DNA from: an uncultured virus (IMG/VR IMGVR_UViG_3300002231_000068)
Taxonomy: Duplodnaviria > Heunggongvirae > Uroviricota > Caudoviricetes
Strand: one strand, 5' to 3'
DNA: 64,000 nt
Virus record (IMG/VR): IMGVR_UViG_3300002231_000068
The translations under genes were made by a program, and so were the position numbers. Within the stretch, counting starts at the first letter, position 1; the number at the start of each line of letters is the position of its first letter. Of this stretch, positions 1 to 9,400 are shown in pieces. The notes beneath the pieces are model-generated. The model was not told the DNA's origin, did no database searches, and saw only the letters and a list, made by a program, of their open reading frames with translations.

Positions 1-361
1 TGTCTGAGCTTGGTTTTTTGTCTCCAGATCTATCGTCATCTAATCCAGCTTGCACTGAGTTTGATTGATAGGTGTCTGGTACAGTAACTTTTGCTCCGAC
101 ATCATCACTTGCAGCTGTGCCTTTTGGGCTCAATGGCAAGTCAGTTGGTGTCTCCAAAGCTTTTAATCTGTTATCTAAACCACCTAAAGTTTCTTGCGTT
201 GCTTTTTGTGTTTCAGCAATAGATTGAACTACTTCGGTCAATGTATCAAAACCTGATTTTACAGTATCTTGGAAAGACTTTTCAACTTCGTTGTCTGATT
301 TTTCTACATTAGATGTAGAAACGTCTTCAACTTGTGTGTTAGAATTGTCTTCTTCGACCAT
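1..361 (-). CDS. Putative capsid scaffolding protein (runs off window edge)
   Basis: ATG at 361 opens a frame (MVEEDNSNTQVEDVSTSNVEKSDNEVEKSFQ...LDNRLKALE) that stays open to base 1; acidic, coiled-coil-like; directly downstream of the prohead protease. Confidence 0.65.
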   Translation of the reverse strand, partial: MVEEDNSNTQVEDVSTSNVEKSDNEVEKSFQDTVKSGFDTLTEVVQSIAETQKATQETLGGLDNRLKALETPTDLPLSPKGTAASDDVGAKVTVPDTYQSNSVQAGLDDDRSGDKKPSSD

Positions 362-423
362 GTTATTATTAAATCTTTATATATAGAGTATATAAATATT
401 TCGTACGTTTTTATATAAGATAA

Positions 424-1515
424 TTATTCCCTATTTACTTGATTTATAGCGTCTTCAGGCTCTGCTTGCCCACCTAGTTTTTCATTGTGGTCTTCTGTTT
501 GATAGCCAGATTTATCAAGTTCTTCTTTTTTTTGTAAAAGTTTTTCTTTTATTTCTAATAATTGTGAATAAGCTGCTTGATTTATAGGTGTTATTGTAGT
601 TGTATTTTGTGCTGTTTGTTTATCTGGGTCATCTTGATTAGATTGGTTTTCATCTGGTGCTGGTCTAAGACCTCCTCCAGTTGCAGCTGTAAATGGTGCA
701 TCTCCTTTAACTAAAGTAGGTTTATTGTCCTTTATACCTCCTTCTAACTCCGTAACTTCCTCTAATGTGTTAATAGAGTCTAATTCTGGCATTTTTACTG
801 GTTTTGCGTTTTTACCCATGCCTCCAGAATCTATTGTTTGTGTTGATTGTGCATTAGGACTATCTCCACCAGCATTAGAAAAGTCTACTGATGTGTGTTG
901 AACCTTTTCAACTTTGTCTGTTATTTCTTTATCTACATAACAACCAAATTTATCACATTTGATAATTTCTTTACCATCGCCTCTAGGTTCTGATGGTACT
1001 GTTGCTTTTGCTAATGGGTTATAATCTGTAATTAATGCTAATGGTACTGCTGGGTCTTTACATACTGCTACTTCATAATGTTCTAAATCTGTCAATGCAT
1101 ATACTACATCTCCATCTTTCATTACTGTAGGCTTTCTATCTGCTTTAGTTGCTCCACCAAATGATAAACCTCTGTATTCTCCACTTTTGATTTTATCCCA
1201 AATGTCTGCATCTAATTCATAATTTTTGTGAATTTTACCAGTTATTTTAATTGCTGGAAATGTTTCACCATCATGAGTAAATTCTGTTTTCATAAAATTG
1301 ATACCTTTTCCTACTACTCTATTAGAATGTGTATCTGTAATAGGTGCTCCTCTATCCATCCAAATTGGTAATACCTTGTATAATTCGTCAACTACGGTCA
1401 ATTCACCCTGTTTATCTTTCATTTCCACTGTTAAATAACCTTCAAAAAATCTGTTTTCGTCGGTAGCATCTAACACTGTCATGGATTTTGTTACTATTGT
1501 ACCTACTTTCTCCAT
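424..1515 (-). CDS. HK97-family prohead protease with long acidic low-complexity C-terminal extension
   Basis: Motifs FEGY..VEMKDKQGE, DTHS, IKSGEYRGLSFGG, LEHYEVAVCKDPAVPLA; lies between portal and scaffold. Confidence 0.85.
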   Translation of the reverse strand: MEKVGTIVTKSMTVLDATDENRFFEGYLTVEMKDKQGELTVVDELYKVLPIWMDRGAPITDTHSNRVVGKGINFMKTEFTHDGETFPAIKITGKIHKNYELDADIWDKIKSGEYRGLSFGGATKADRKPTVMKDGDVVYALTDLEHYEVAVCKDPAVPLALITDYNPLAKATVPSEPRGDGKEIIKCDKFGCYVDKEITDKVEKVQHTSVDFSNAGGDSPNAQSTQTIDSGGMGKNAKPVKMPELDSINTLEEVTELEGGIKDNKPTLVKGDAPFTAATGGGLRPAPDENQSNQDDPDKQTAQNTTTITPINQAAYSQLLEIKEKLLQKKEELDKSGYQTEDHNEKLGGQAEPEDAINQVNRE

Positions 1516-1591
1516 ATATATCTCTAGAGGTGCGTATATTTAAAGTTTTAAATAAAAAAAGGGTTGAGATATTATGTAATTTTGGTTACTT

Positions 1592-1852
1592 TTACTCTTT
1601 TTTTGCTTTAGAGACTGCAAAGTCAGATGCGAAACCTGTGGTCAAACCAATTAAGGCTAGTCCTACGGTTCCTACTCCCTCAACGGCTAAGGTTTGTCCT
1701 ATAGCCAAAGCTGCGAAAGTAGAGACGATTAAAGCACCAGCGAGTTTTCTTGCAGAGAAAGATTCATCTGTTCGATGTAAGTAACCTCGGAGTGTGTTTA
1801 ACCCTGCACCAATTACAGCTGCTCCAACTGTTATAAGTACTGGATCTACCAT
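1592..1852 (-). CDS. Small multi-pass membrane protein (holin-like candidate)
   Basis: 86 aa, about three hydrophobic segments, basic C-terminus (SKAKKE). Confidence 0.5.
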   Translation of the reverse strand: MVDPVLITVGAAVIGAGLNTLRGYLHRTDESFSARKLAGALIVSTFAALAIGQTLAVEGVGTVGLALIGLTTGFASDFAVSKAKKE

Positions 1853-1883
1853 GTTTGAACTTCAGATCTCAATTATATATAGT

Positions 1884-2126
1884 TTATTCCGAATCTTTTA
1901 TAACCTTATTCACAAGATCTTCTAAATCAGAGTCATGACCCTCATGAAAACGATTAGTTTGTCTATCTAAAGCAGTTGCTAAAATAATAAGGGCTTTTTG
2001 GAGGTCTATAACCTTATTACAAAGGTCTTTTTGGGTACTAGCCATTTTTCTAAAGAAAGCAAATAATACTCCACCTACTCCTAAAGCTATTGCCACTATT
2101 ATCTCTTCGAATATGCTTTCAATCAT
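1884..2126 (-). CDS. Membrane-anchored coiled-coil protein
   Basis: N-terminal TM segment (IIVAIALGVGGVLFAFF) followed by a heptad-like region. Confidence 0.55.
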   Translation of the reverse strand: MIESIFEEIIVAIALGVGGVLFAFFRKMASTQKDLCNKVIDLQKALIILATALDRQTNRFHEGHDSDLEDLVNKVIKDSE

Positions 2127-2163
2127 AATGTGAATTGTCTGTTATCTTATTTAAGGATTAAGA

Positions 2164-2379
2164 TCATTCTTGTATATCTGAAAGAGATTTAAACACACCG
2201 TCTTGTATAAGTTGTAATATAACGGCTGGTTCATCCTTAAAGAATTTCTCTACATCCTTAGAAAAACCCTCACATTTGAATCTACCACATTTAAAACATA
2301 CGAATATGAAGCCTGCATCTGCATAATAACCATAACGCTTAACACCACAATCACACATTTCTGTGCCCTCTTCATCCAT
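2164..2379 (-). CDS. Small Zn-ribbon protein
   Basis: CDCG...CFKCG motifs; TATA-like sequence upstream. Confidence 0.55.
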   Translation of the reverse strand: MDEEGTEMCDCGVKRYGYYADAGFIFVCFKCGRFKCEGFSKDVEKFFKDEPAVILQLIQDGVFKSLSDIQE

Positions 2380-2427
2380 AACAGAATACCGAAAGCTTTA
2401 TTAATAAAGTTATGGTTTCAGATATAT

Positions 2428-2895
2428 ATGGGAATTTCAGTTCATGTGTATGATACAATTTCAGAATATATTAAAAGAAATGGTGCTATGGTAGAACCAA
2501 AAAGAGAAATTAATGAAGCATCATTAGATTTATGTGATATTTATGTTAGAAACCCAGATAGTGATGACCATAAAATAATGTGTGTTGTAGATATTGAGAG
2601 ATTTTTCGATAGACCAGACACATCAAGGTCAATAACATGTTATCAAAAAAATAATATTGATAAATATCTAGATGGTACTGAAAGATTAGTAAAATATGAT
2701 GAAGTAAGATATGACCCAAAGACAGATAATATAATGTTCTTTAAAAAAAGAATGAGAAAACCAAAAGTGTTCTTTAAAGTAGGTAGATACTGGGGTAATA
2801 GACCTAAAAAAGACTCTAAAATTGATTGGTCTTTGAAATTCTTTAATGTAAAAATGAATAGAATAGAATTTATTCTTTTAACGCCTGTTTCCTAG
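2428..2895 (+). CDS. Hypothetical protein
   Basis: 155-aa ORF with upstream AAAGCTTTATTAA TATA-like box; basic C-terminal half. Confidence 0.6.
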   Translation: MGISVHVYDTISEYIKRNGAMVEPKREINEASLDLCDIYVRNPDSDDHKIMCVVDIERFFDRPDTSRSITCYQKNNIDKYLDGTERLVKYDEVRYDPKTDNIMFFKKRMRKPKVFFKVGRYWGNRPKKDSKIDWSLKFFNVKMNRIEFILLTPVS

Positions 2896-3318
2896 ATTTT
2901 GATTAAAGATATGTTTCCAATCTTTACCATTTTTCTTCTTCATTCTTGCCCAAAATGGATTTCCGTATAATCCACCCTTCTTATTGTATTCTTTTGTAAC
3001 ATCTGCTATTCTTCTATGGCATGGATGACAAAATCTACCGTTAATTTCTTCAATATGGAACTTATGTTCACTACAAAAGTAACAAAGACCATACATTTTA
3101 TCTGAAACTTTGGCTAAAAGTGGTTCTCTACCTCTTTTTCCAGCGCATTCACCACAAATTGTAACTATTGTAGCTGCAACAGCATCAACTTTAAGACAAT
3201 TTAAGCAAACACCTTCCTTGTAATTGTTTACACGTGTATATTCATTAGCTTGATGATTCTCCCAGAGCTTTTTACCGACATATTCCCCTCCAGTATCAAC
3301 ATTTAGTTTAGTAGCCAA
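2878..3318 (-). CDS. Cys-rich zinc-finger protein
   Basis: Four CxxC motifs (CLNC, CGEC, CYFC, CHPC); TTG start abuts the upstream stop codon. Confidence 0.65.
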   Translation of the reverse strand: MATKLNVDTGGEYVGKKLWENHQANEYTRVNNYKEGVCLNCLKVDAVAATIVTICGECAGKRGREPLLAKVSDKMYGLCYFCSEHKFHIEEINGRFCHPCHRRIADVTKEYNKKGGLYGNPFWARMKKKNGKDWKHIFNQNLGNRR

Positions 3319-3657
3319 TTATTTTTGTGCTAATTTTATCTTTCTAAGTGCTTCTGACAAAGCTGAGTATATATTCTCACATGCATATGCACTTACGCCT
3401 TCTGCACGTGAATGTTTTTTACAATCTTCAATAACATTATCTATTTCAGTAAAGTCGGCTGAATAAACGTTTGTTATTCTTGGTGATTGTTGTCTTTTCT
3501 TGAACTCTTCAAGTCTTTCTGCTTTATCTTGAGCTGCTTTATAAGCTCTATCTGCTGATTCTCTTGTTGATCTAACCTTTGAACCACTAGGTAATCTTTT
3601 TTTTCTTGCATCATCAGTGGTAGGTATGTCTTTTTTCTTTTTGCTAAATATTACCAT
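3319..3657 (-). CDS. Hypothetical basic protein (start revised to ATG 3657)
   Basis: TATA-like AAAACCTTATATA lies ~28 nt upstream of ATG 3657; the longer predicted start overlaps the portal gene. Confidence 0.55.
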   Translation of the reverse strand: MVIFSKKKKDIPTTDDARKKRLPSGSKVRSTRESADRAYKAAQDKAERLEEFKKRQQSPRITNVYSADFTEIDNVIEDCKKHSRAEGVSAYACENIYSALSEALRKIKLAQK

Positions 3658-3725
3658 TATATAGTTATCGTAACTGGGCATATATAAGGTTTTTGTATCA
3701 ACTATAACGTCAATTTTAGATGGGT

Positions 3726-5735
3726 CTAAAATTCTTCTTCTTCCCATCGTTTCGTGTCTGCTAATTCTTGTTTAACTATCTCACGTGCCTGTCTAACAGT
3801 CATTTGAGCTTTGTTTCTTAATTCATTAACAGTTTTCTTTTTAGTCCAATCAAAATCTATTGCACTCTGTAGTGTAGTTTTTACAATCTCAAAGTTTGCT
3901 GAGTTTATTCCATCTGGAAATTTCTTTGGTTCTAAGAATGCTTGCATATCTGATTTCTTTGATAATGATGTACCTTTACCACTTGATGGTGAGCCTTGAC
4001 CTATACCACCTTTATCAGATGGTCTTTGTTTTTTTGGTTTACCGTCTATTTCTTGCTGGTCTTCTTTTGGAGCTGCTGTACCTCTACCACGACCTTTTGA
4101 ACCACTTGTATTTGGTTTCTTATCGTCTTCGTTATTACTTTCTAACATCATCATTGTAGGGTTTATTATTGGGTTTTTAGATACTTTAAACTCACCAGTA
4201 TGTGTTCTTGTAACTTCGAATCCCATTCCTTGCATAGCTGCCATGTTTTGTATCTCTACTCCTTGTATCTGCAAGTCTCTTAATTTATCGTTTTCTTCAC
4301 CACCCTTTAGTCTTAATTCCCAATCATCCACATCTAGAAGTTTTGCGAATTTTCTTAAGAATGCTTGTTGTAATATATCTTGACCCCATTTAATTGCTCT
4401 ATTTGTAATTGTAACTTGTAGTCCTTCTTGAGACCAGCCTGATGGTAATTCACCGAAGTATAATGGTAGTACACCAAAGACTGCACCAATGATCATTCTA
4501 ATTTCTCTTCTTATTTCTGTAAATTCTAATTCTTTTAATGAACCTGTAAAGTCAATCCATTGTGCCATATTTTTACCACCTTTATCAGATTCTACTAATA
4601 ATGGGTGTATCATGTATGGGTCTTCGGTTGCTTTTTGTTCTAATACATCCCATGATTTTCTGAATGTTTCATAGTTACGAGATGCAATAACTAACATACC
4701 TCTAGGAGGTCTCATCTTATCAAAGTATTTTCTAATATATTCATCCATATGAGATAAGGACATAGCCTTTGACCATATAGAGTAAATTGGAGAATAACCA
4801 TAAAGTAAGGATGGTTTGTATTTGCCTGCTTTCCATATAACTTCACCTTCACCATAAACTACACGTTTTGGTTGAGGAATTCCTATAGAATATACAGAGT
4901 TAACTTCAATGACTGCTTTAAGTGCTTCTGCACCACACCTATCACATTTAGGTACATTTAATCTTCTATCTCGATGTTCAAATCTTGGGCATACAAACAC
5001 TTTATTTCTTTTATCATCATAACCTATTCTACCATCAGAGTCTGCAATGAGTGCGACTTGTGGGGGGTCTATTCTAAGTAACTCTTTTACTTCAGATGCT
5101 TGATGGTCAATCTTACCAGTTCTATCATCTATCTTATAATTTTTTAATATTAAACAGTATGCATTATCTGCAATTTCTAAGTCTCTCTCTAACTGTCGTG
5201 TCAAATCTTCTAATGTTTGTTCGTTTCCATTAATAGGATTTACTAATAAATTCTCTAGTTTCTTTCTATTTTCTGGTATAGGTCTTAACATTTTATCACT
5301 ACCACATGTATCACATTCCATTTCTTCACTCTCGTTTAACTCATGTGCGATAGCTTTCTTAGCATCATTTCTTGGTAGGGATTGTGATTCATTATCTGCA
5401 TTTTGTTCAAATGGTTGTTCGTCTTTGTGGTCACCTTTGATTGGTTTGTATTGAAATTCTTTACCACAATTCTCACATTTAAATTTCCATTTTTCTACAA
5501 CCTCGAAACCATTCTTAAACATCTCTCTGTTTAAAGTTTCAATAGGTATTCTTAATGCATCAATATTATCTGCTAACTCATAAATCATTATGAGAGGAAA
5601 TGGAAAAATTGGTAATTTAGCACCTGTATCGGTACTCATATAGGGTGTTGCTACAGAAGGTCTAGTGGTTCCTTCAGTATATGATTTATTACTAAACCTA
5701 GATGCAAATGCACTTAGAGTATCTTTAAATCCCAT
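3726..5735 (-). CDS. Portal protein with zinc-ribbon insertions
   Basis: Portal-like motifs (RDLEIADNAY, LYGYSPI, YFDKMRPPRGML, IGAVFGVLP); upstream of prohead protease; extra CENC/CDTC and CPRFEH/CDRC motifs. Confidence 0.85.
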   Translation of the reverse strand: MGFKDTLSAFASRFSNKSYTEGTTRPSVATPYMSTDTGAKLPIFPFPLIMIYELADNIDALRIPIETLNREMFKNGFEVVEKWKFKCENCGKEFQYKPIKGDHKDEQPFEQNADNESQSLPRNDAKKAIAHELNESEEMECDTCGSDKMLRPIPENRKKLENLLVNPINGNEQTLEDLTRQLERDLEIADNAYCLILKNYKIDDRTGKIDHQASEVKELLRIDPPQVALIADSDGRIGYDDKRNKVFVCPRFEHRDRRLNVPKCDRCGAEALKAVIEVNSVYSIGIPQPKRVVYGEGEVIWKAGKYKPSLLYGYSPIYSIWSKAMSLSHMDEYIRKYFDKMRPPRGMLVIASRNYETFRKSWDVLEQKATEDPYMIHPLLVESDKGGKNMAQWIDFTGSLKELEFTEIRREIRMIIGAVFGVLPLYFGELPSGWSQEGLQVTITNRAIKWGQDILQQAFLRKFAKLLDVDDWELRLKGGEENDKLRDLQIQGVEIQNMAAMQGMGFEVTRTHTGEFKVSKNPIINPTMMMLESNNEDDKKPNTSGSKGRGRGTAAPKEDQQEIDGKPKKQRPSDKGGIGQGSPSSGKGTSLSKKSDMQAFLEPKKFPDGINSANFEIVKTTLQSAIDFDWTKKKTVNELRNKAQMTVRQAREIVKQELADTKRWEEEEF

Positions 5736-5797
5736 ACTAATAAACACTTAATAACCCCAATATATAAACATTATGTAACGTTTTTGTAACTGATTTG

Positions 5798-5923
5798 TTA
5801 CTGTTTATCGCCATGGTCTGAACATTCAACGTTTCTGCTACCAGTACAAGAACAAGAAGACTTACTTACCTTCTTCTCTACTTTCTCAGAGGTTGACTCA
5901 GATTCTATAATTTTGTCTGCCAT
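5798..5923 (-). CDS. 41-aa Cys-containing small protein
   Basis: MADKIIESESTSEKVEKKVSKSSCSCTGSRNVECSDHGDKQ; TATA box ~28 nt upstream. Confidence 0.5.
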   Translation of the reverse strand: MADKIIESESTSEKVEKKVSKSSCSCTGSRNVECSDHGDKQ

Positions 5924-5961
5924 ATTAACAAATACATATAAACCTATAAAAAGATTGTTCT

Positions 5962-6080
5962 TTGTGTAGTAGTGTGAGCGAAAGCACGTCGAATTGGTAC
6001 ATCTCTATGTGTTCACACGGACATGAGATAAGAGCCACGAAGGTCTGGTGTTGCGAGCCAGCTGCACGATCTCCTCCATT
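5962..6080 (+). ncRNA. Candidate structured non-coding RNA
   Basis: GC-rich intergenic island; closing stem TTGTGTAGT/GCTGCACGA with G-U pairs, GAAA-tetraloop hairpin, ATCTC/GAGAT arm, CTGGT/GCCAG arm, 3' tail GATCTCCTCCA. Confidence 0.55.
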
Positions 6081-6123
6081 TATAAAGAGATATACTTATT
6101 AGTTAAGTCGACAATTTTTAATT

Positions 6124-6303
6124 ATGGTAGAATTAGAACCAGAAGACTATAATGTGATACTTACTTGGTTCGAACATACATTCGGAAAACGAGCGTTGAA
6201 TGAGATGCCGTTGGATGCTAAACGTACTTTCTGGAAACTTACGTTCCTTGCTGAGGACAAAATGAAAGAAATACAAGAAACCGTTACGAAAGAAGACGAC
6301 TAG
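6124..6303 (+). CDS. Hypothetical protein (59 aa)
   Basis: MVELEPEDYNVILTWFEH...; followed by a hairpin and T-tract. Confidence 0.55.
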   Translation: MVELEPEDYNVILTWFEHTFGKRALNEMPLDAKRTFWKLTFLAEDKMKEIQETVTKEDD

Positions 6304-6311
6304 TTCTATGA

Positions 6312-6332
6312 GCCCGAAGGGCGAATTTTTTT
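6312..6332 (+). terminator. Hairpin plus T-tract terminator
   Basis: GCCC-GAA-GGGC then TTTTTTT immediately after the stop at 6303. Confidence 0.55.
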
Positions 6333-6387
6333 AATGTTGGGATGTTCGCATAGTAAGTCTTATAAGTAAGTCGCACGGATTATACGT

Positions 6388-6525
6388 ATGGATAAGCCTA
6401 CTACTCCTACAGATATTAACGTACGTTTGGCTCAATTAAGCGATAGAATTCAACTCTGTCTCCGAGACTTTACGAGCGTTCAAAACGAACTCTGGAAAAT
6501 CAAGGAGGAAATGAATAAAAAATGA
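6388..6525 (+). CDS. Small coiled-coil protein under a motif-A promoter
   Basis: ATAGTAAGTCTTATAAG at 6350, ATG exactly 38 nt later (MDKPTTPTDINVRLAQL...). Confidence 0.55.
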   Translation: MDKPTTPTDINVRLAQLSDRIQLCLRDFTSVQNELWKIKEEMNKK

Positions 6526-6856
6526 GCCCTAATTGGATGCTATACCTAGGTATATTTTTCGCATGTACAGGCTTTTTACTACCACTCGGTGCTATTATGA
6601 TAGCCATTTGGTTTTATAATGATTACACATCTAAATACATTAAACGAGTAGATTATGACAAAAATGAATTTTCATATGAACTCAAGCAACAAGGTATATA
6701 AGTTGCTACCACGTAATTTTGAATGTATGCCATATGATGACATCAAACATTGTATATACTGTGAAGCGAAAAACTTCGAAACCTTCCAAGAAGTTTTACA
6801 ACATATCAGAGAAAAACATGCAAAACAAGATATGGAAGAGGGGTTTAGTCCAGTAG

Positions 6857-7192
6857 ATGGAGGAACGTATCATGACGATAGGAACTAATAGTATTAAAAA
6901 AGAGCGTTGTTACGCTTGTAATGAGTTATTTGGAGACCATTCACATAAAGACTTACTTAGATGCTTATTTAGAGTTCAAGGTACTTTAATTGTAAACGCT
7001 AAAGAGTTATGGGAATATAAAGAAATGGAGGCTGACCAAATGAAACAGTTAGATGAAAAACAACTTGCTCAACTTAAAGATGATAAAGGTAATGATATAA
7101 ACTGGGAGACAGTTGACGTTAGAGACCCACATAGAAAGAAAACATTGGATAATGCCAAACAACTAGATAAGGAAAATGGGGGATTTAACTGA
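6857..7192 (+). CDS. Hypothetical protein with CxxC...H...C Zn-binding motif
   Basis: CYACNELFGDHSHKDLLRC; part of a run of overlapping small ORFs (6655-7412). Confidence 0.55.
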   Translation: MEERIMTIGTNSIKKERCYACNELFGDHSHKDLLRCLFRVQGTLIVNAKELWEYKEMEADQMKQLDEKQLAQLKDDKGNDINWETVDVRDPHRKKTLDNAKQLDKENGGFN

Positions 7193-7870
7193 AGAACAAT
7201 TAAAAGAATTAGGTACTAAAGGTACCACAAAGAAGGTAGAAAAATTAGCAGACGGAGGCGAGAAAGTTATGGAGTTTATAGATCCTAACTCAGAAGAGGG
7301 TAAGAAAATTATGAAGTTACACGCAGAACAATTTAAAAATCAACGTAGACCTAAAAAAGGAATACAAGTTAATGAAGTTGATATGAAGAGGAATAGAGAT
7401 GGTAAAGATTAGCGATAAGATTAAAGATGGTCATGCGAACGTTCGAGGCGAACGTCGAAATCGTAGATTGACCATTGCTTTATCTGTAGGTATTCCTTTT
7501 GCTATAGCAGTGGTTCTATATGGCATCTTTTAGCAAATACTATGGTAAAGCCATGACCTCATATAATTACTGTCATAAATGCTTTATAAGATACATAAGA
7601 GATAATCATAGGGTTTGCCCTAAATGTGGAGAGAAAGGACATGACACCGTGTAAGCACCCCAATTTTTTCTTCATGGACTTTAAGTTCTATTGTAGGACT
7701 TGCTGTCAATCAGAAGACTCTATATTATTAGAAGAGAGGATGACTAAAGATGATGTATGACGATGATAAAACTTGGAAACAACATTATGATGATTGGACT
7801 CTTATATTAAAAGATATGAAATGGACAGACGATGATACAAAGCCTGAACAGTTCGATTATAGAAAAAAAC

Positions 7871-8158
7871 TTATAAAAAGTTTAATTTCTGAGTATGAGA
7901 CAAATCATAAATAAACTTTGAAAAAGCCTTTTTGTGATTTTCAAACCACCGTCTTACCACATATCTTCTTATAAGTGATACAGCTAAGTACCATAAAGAT
8001 ATACTTGCCATTCCCCAAAATTCACCGTTTTGTATTGGTGTTACATAGAATGGTAGTACAAAATAATTTACTGCTATCCCTATTATAAAGCCTAATACGC
8101 AATCTATTACGGTTTCTACTATTGATCTAAATCTTGTATCTTTTTTTGCTGTCATCAT
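7871..8158 (-). CDS. Small two-TM membrane protein of a type common in tailed phages
   Basis: SIVETVIDCVLGFII...SLIRRYVVRRWF pattern; motif-A promoter on the minus strand at 8194. Confidence 0.6.
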   Translation of the reverse strand: MMTAKKDTRFRSIVETVIDCVLGFIIGIAVNYFVLPFYVTPIQNGEFWGMASISLWYLAVSLIRRYVVRRWFENHKKAFSKFIYDLSHTQKLNFL

Positions 8159-8370
8159 AGATCCACTTTTTTCCGAGTTTATAAGAGTTACTATTCAACT
8201 TGTATCTAAGTTGTAGCCCACAAAGGTCAAAAAAACCACTTTTTCTCCATGTGCGCCTAGAACGTGGTTCTGGACATCTCTACACTGTGGAATTGTTTTG
8301 GTAGTATATAGGGGTTACTATTGTTAGTGTTATAGTGTTGTTTATATGTCATGTCTGTTGACTATACTTA

Positions 8371-8574
8371 ATGAAAGTTGACAACAGATACTGTAAAGCA
8401 TTCATATCTGACCTAAAGAGTTGCTCTTACTGGAATAACTCTATCGGTTACATGAGTGATGCAGACTACAGAACAACAGTCGAAGCATTGAAAGTGTTAG
8501 AAGAAGTCTATGAGAAGATGCCTGATGAAGTCAAATCATCTGACCATAGAGAAACACCTACATCAATGCCATAA
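8371..8574 (+). CDS. Cassette gene, hypothetical
   Basis: Degenerate motif A 39 nt upstream; CCCCTTTTTT after the stop. Confidence 0.7.
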   Translation: MKVDNRYCKAFISDLKSCSYWNNSIGYMSDADYRTTVEALKVLEEVYEKMPDEVKSSDHRETPTSMP

Positions 8575-8701
8575 CCCCTTTTTTATTGGTCGTTATAGCT
8601 ACGCTTAAGTAGCCCTATCCTTCTGCATCCTATTGGCTAAGTGGGGTATATTAACGTGTTGTCATAGTAGCTCTTATAACCTATAGCAGCTTACATTCTT
8701 T

Positions 8702-8934
8702 ATGGCATATTACAAAGACAATGGCGACCTATTGTCAGACGCTGATAACTGGAATGAAGCACTTGATAACTTCTACCAGATAGCAGACATGGCAGATAAA
8801 GACATCATTGTAATATCATTCAGAGTCTTCGAAGACTTGACAAAGGGGAGATATGCAACACGATGAGCTTATCTCATTTGATTGAGACTTTAGATGCTGT
8901 GATATCTAAATGGTGTGAATGGACTGAGGATTAA
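8702..8934 (+). CDS. Cassette gene, acidic hypothetical (reads to 8866 as given; probably extends to 8934 across indel errors)
   Basis: ATG 38 nt after motif A; MAYYKDNGDLLSDADNWNEALDNFYQ...; terminator follows the TAA at 8934. Confidence 0.55.
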
Positions 8935-9074
8935 CCTCAACCCTTTTTTTATTGGACACATTCGCAACGCTTTAATACCCCTGTTAGGGCTAATCCTAGG
9001 GATTTACTGCTATTGGGGTACTTAAACGTTTAGGCATAGTGCGACTTATTAAGGATGAGAACTCAATATACTTA

Positions 9075-9305
9075 ATGACTTACAAAGACACGCTAGAAGC
9101 AATGGAAAACGTTCCTTTTGGATTCTGTTCTAATTGTGGAAAGTCTCTTAATCTTGAGGCTGAAGCTGATGTAATTGAATGCATGTGCGCTTCATTATTG
9201 CACCCTAACCAAAATTCCAGTAACATGGATGATGTTGAAGCATCATTGGTTAAGGCTCTAGAAGCTCATAAGATGTTAGTTGATGGAATCAAATCAACTG
9301 ACTAA
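9075..9305 (+). CDS. Cassette gene, Cys-containing hypothetical (start revised)
   Basis: ATG 39 nt after motif A at 9036; CSNC and CMC motifs. Confidence 0.7.
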   Translation: MTYKDTLEAMENVPFGFCSNCGKSLNLEAEADVIECMCASLLHPNQNSSNMDDVEASLVKALEAHKMLVDGIKSTD

Positions 9306-9400
9306 TCCTTTTTTATTGGGGGTTTACAACACGCTTATATACCCCTATATTTCCACTGCCCAATAGTAGCCTTTAATAGCAACCTAAACCAAATAATGAT

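Noticed and set aside
5962..6080. tRNA gene (ends in CCA)
   Set aside because: No T-loop GTTCRA, D-loop or 7-nt anticodon loop in the proper geometry; kept only as an unclassified ncRNA candidate.
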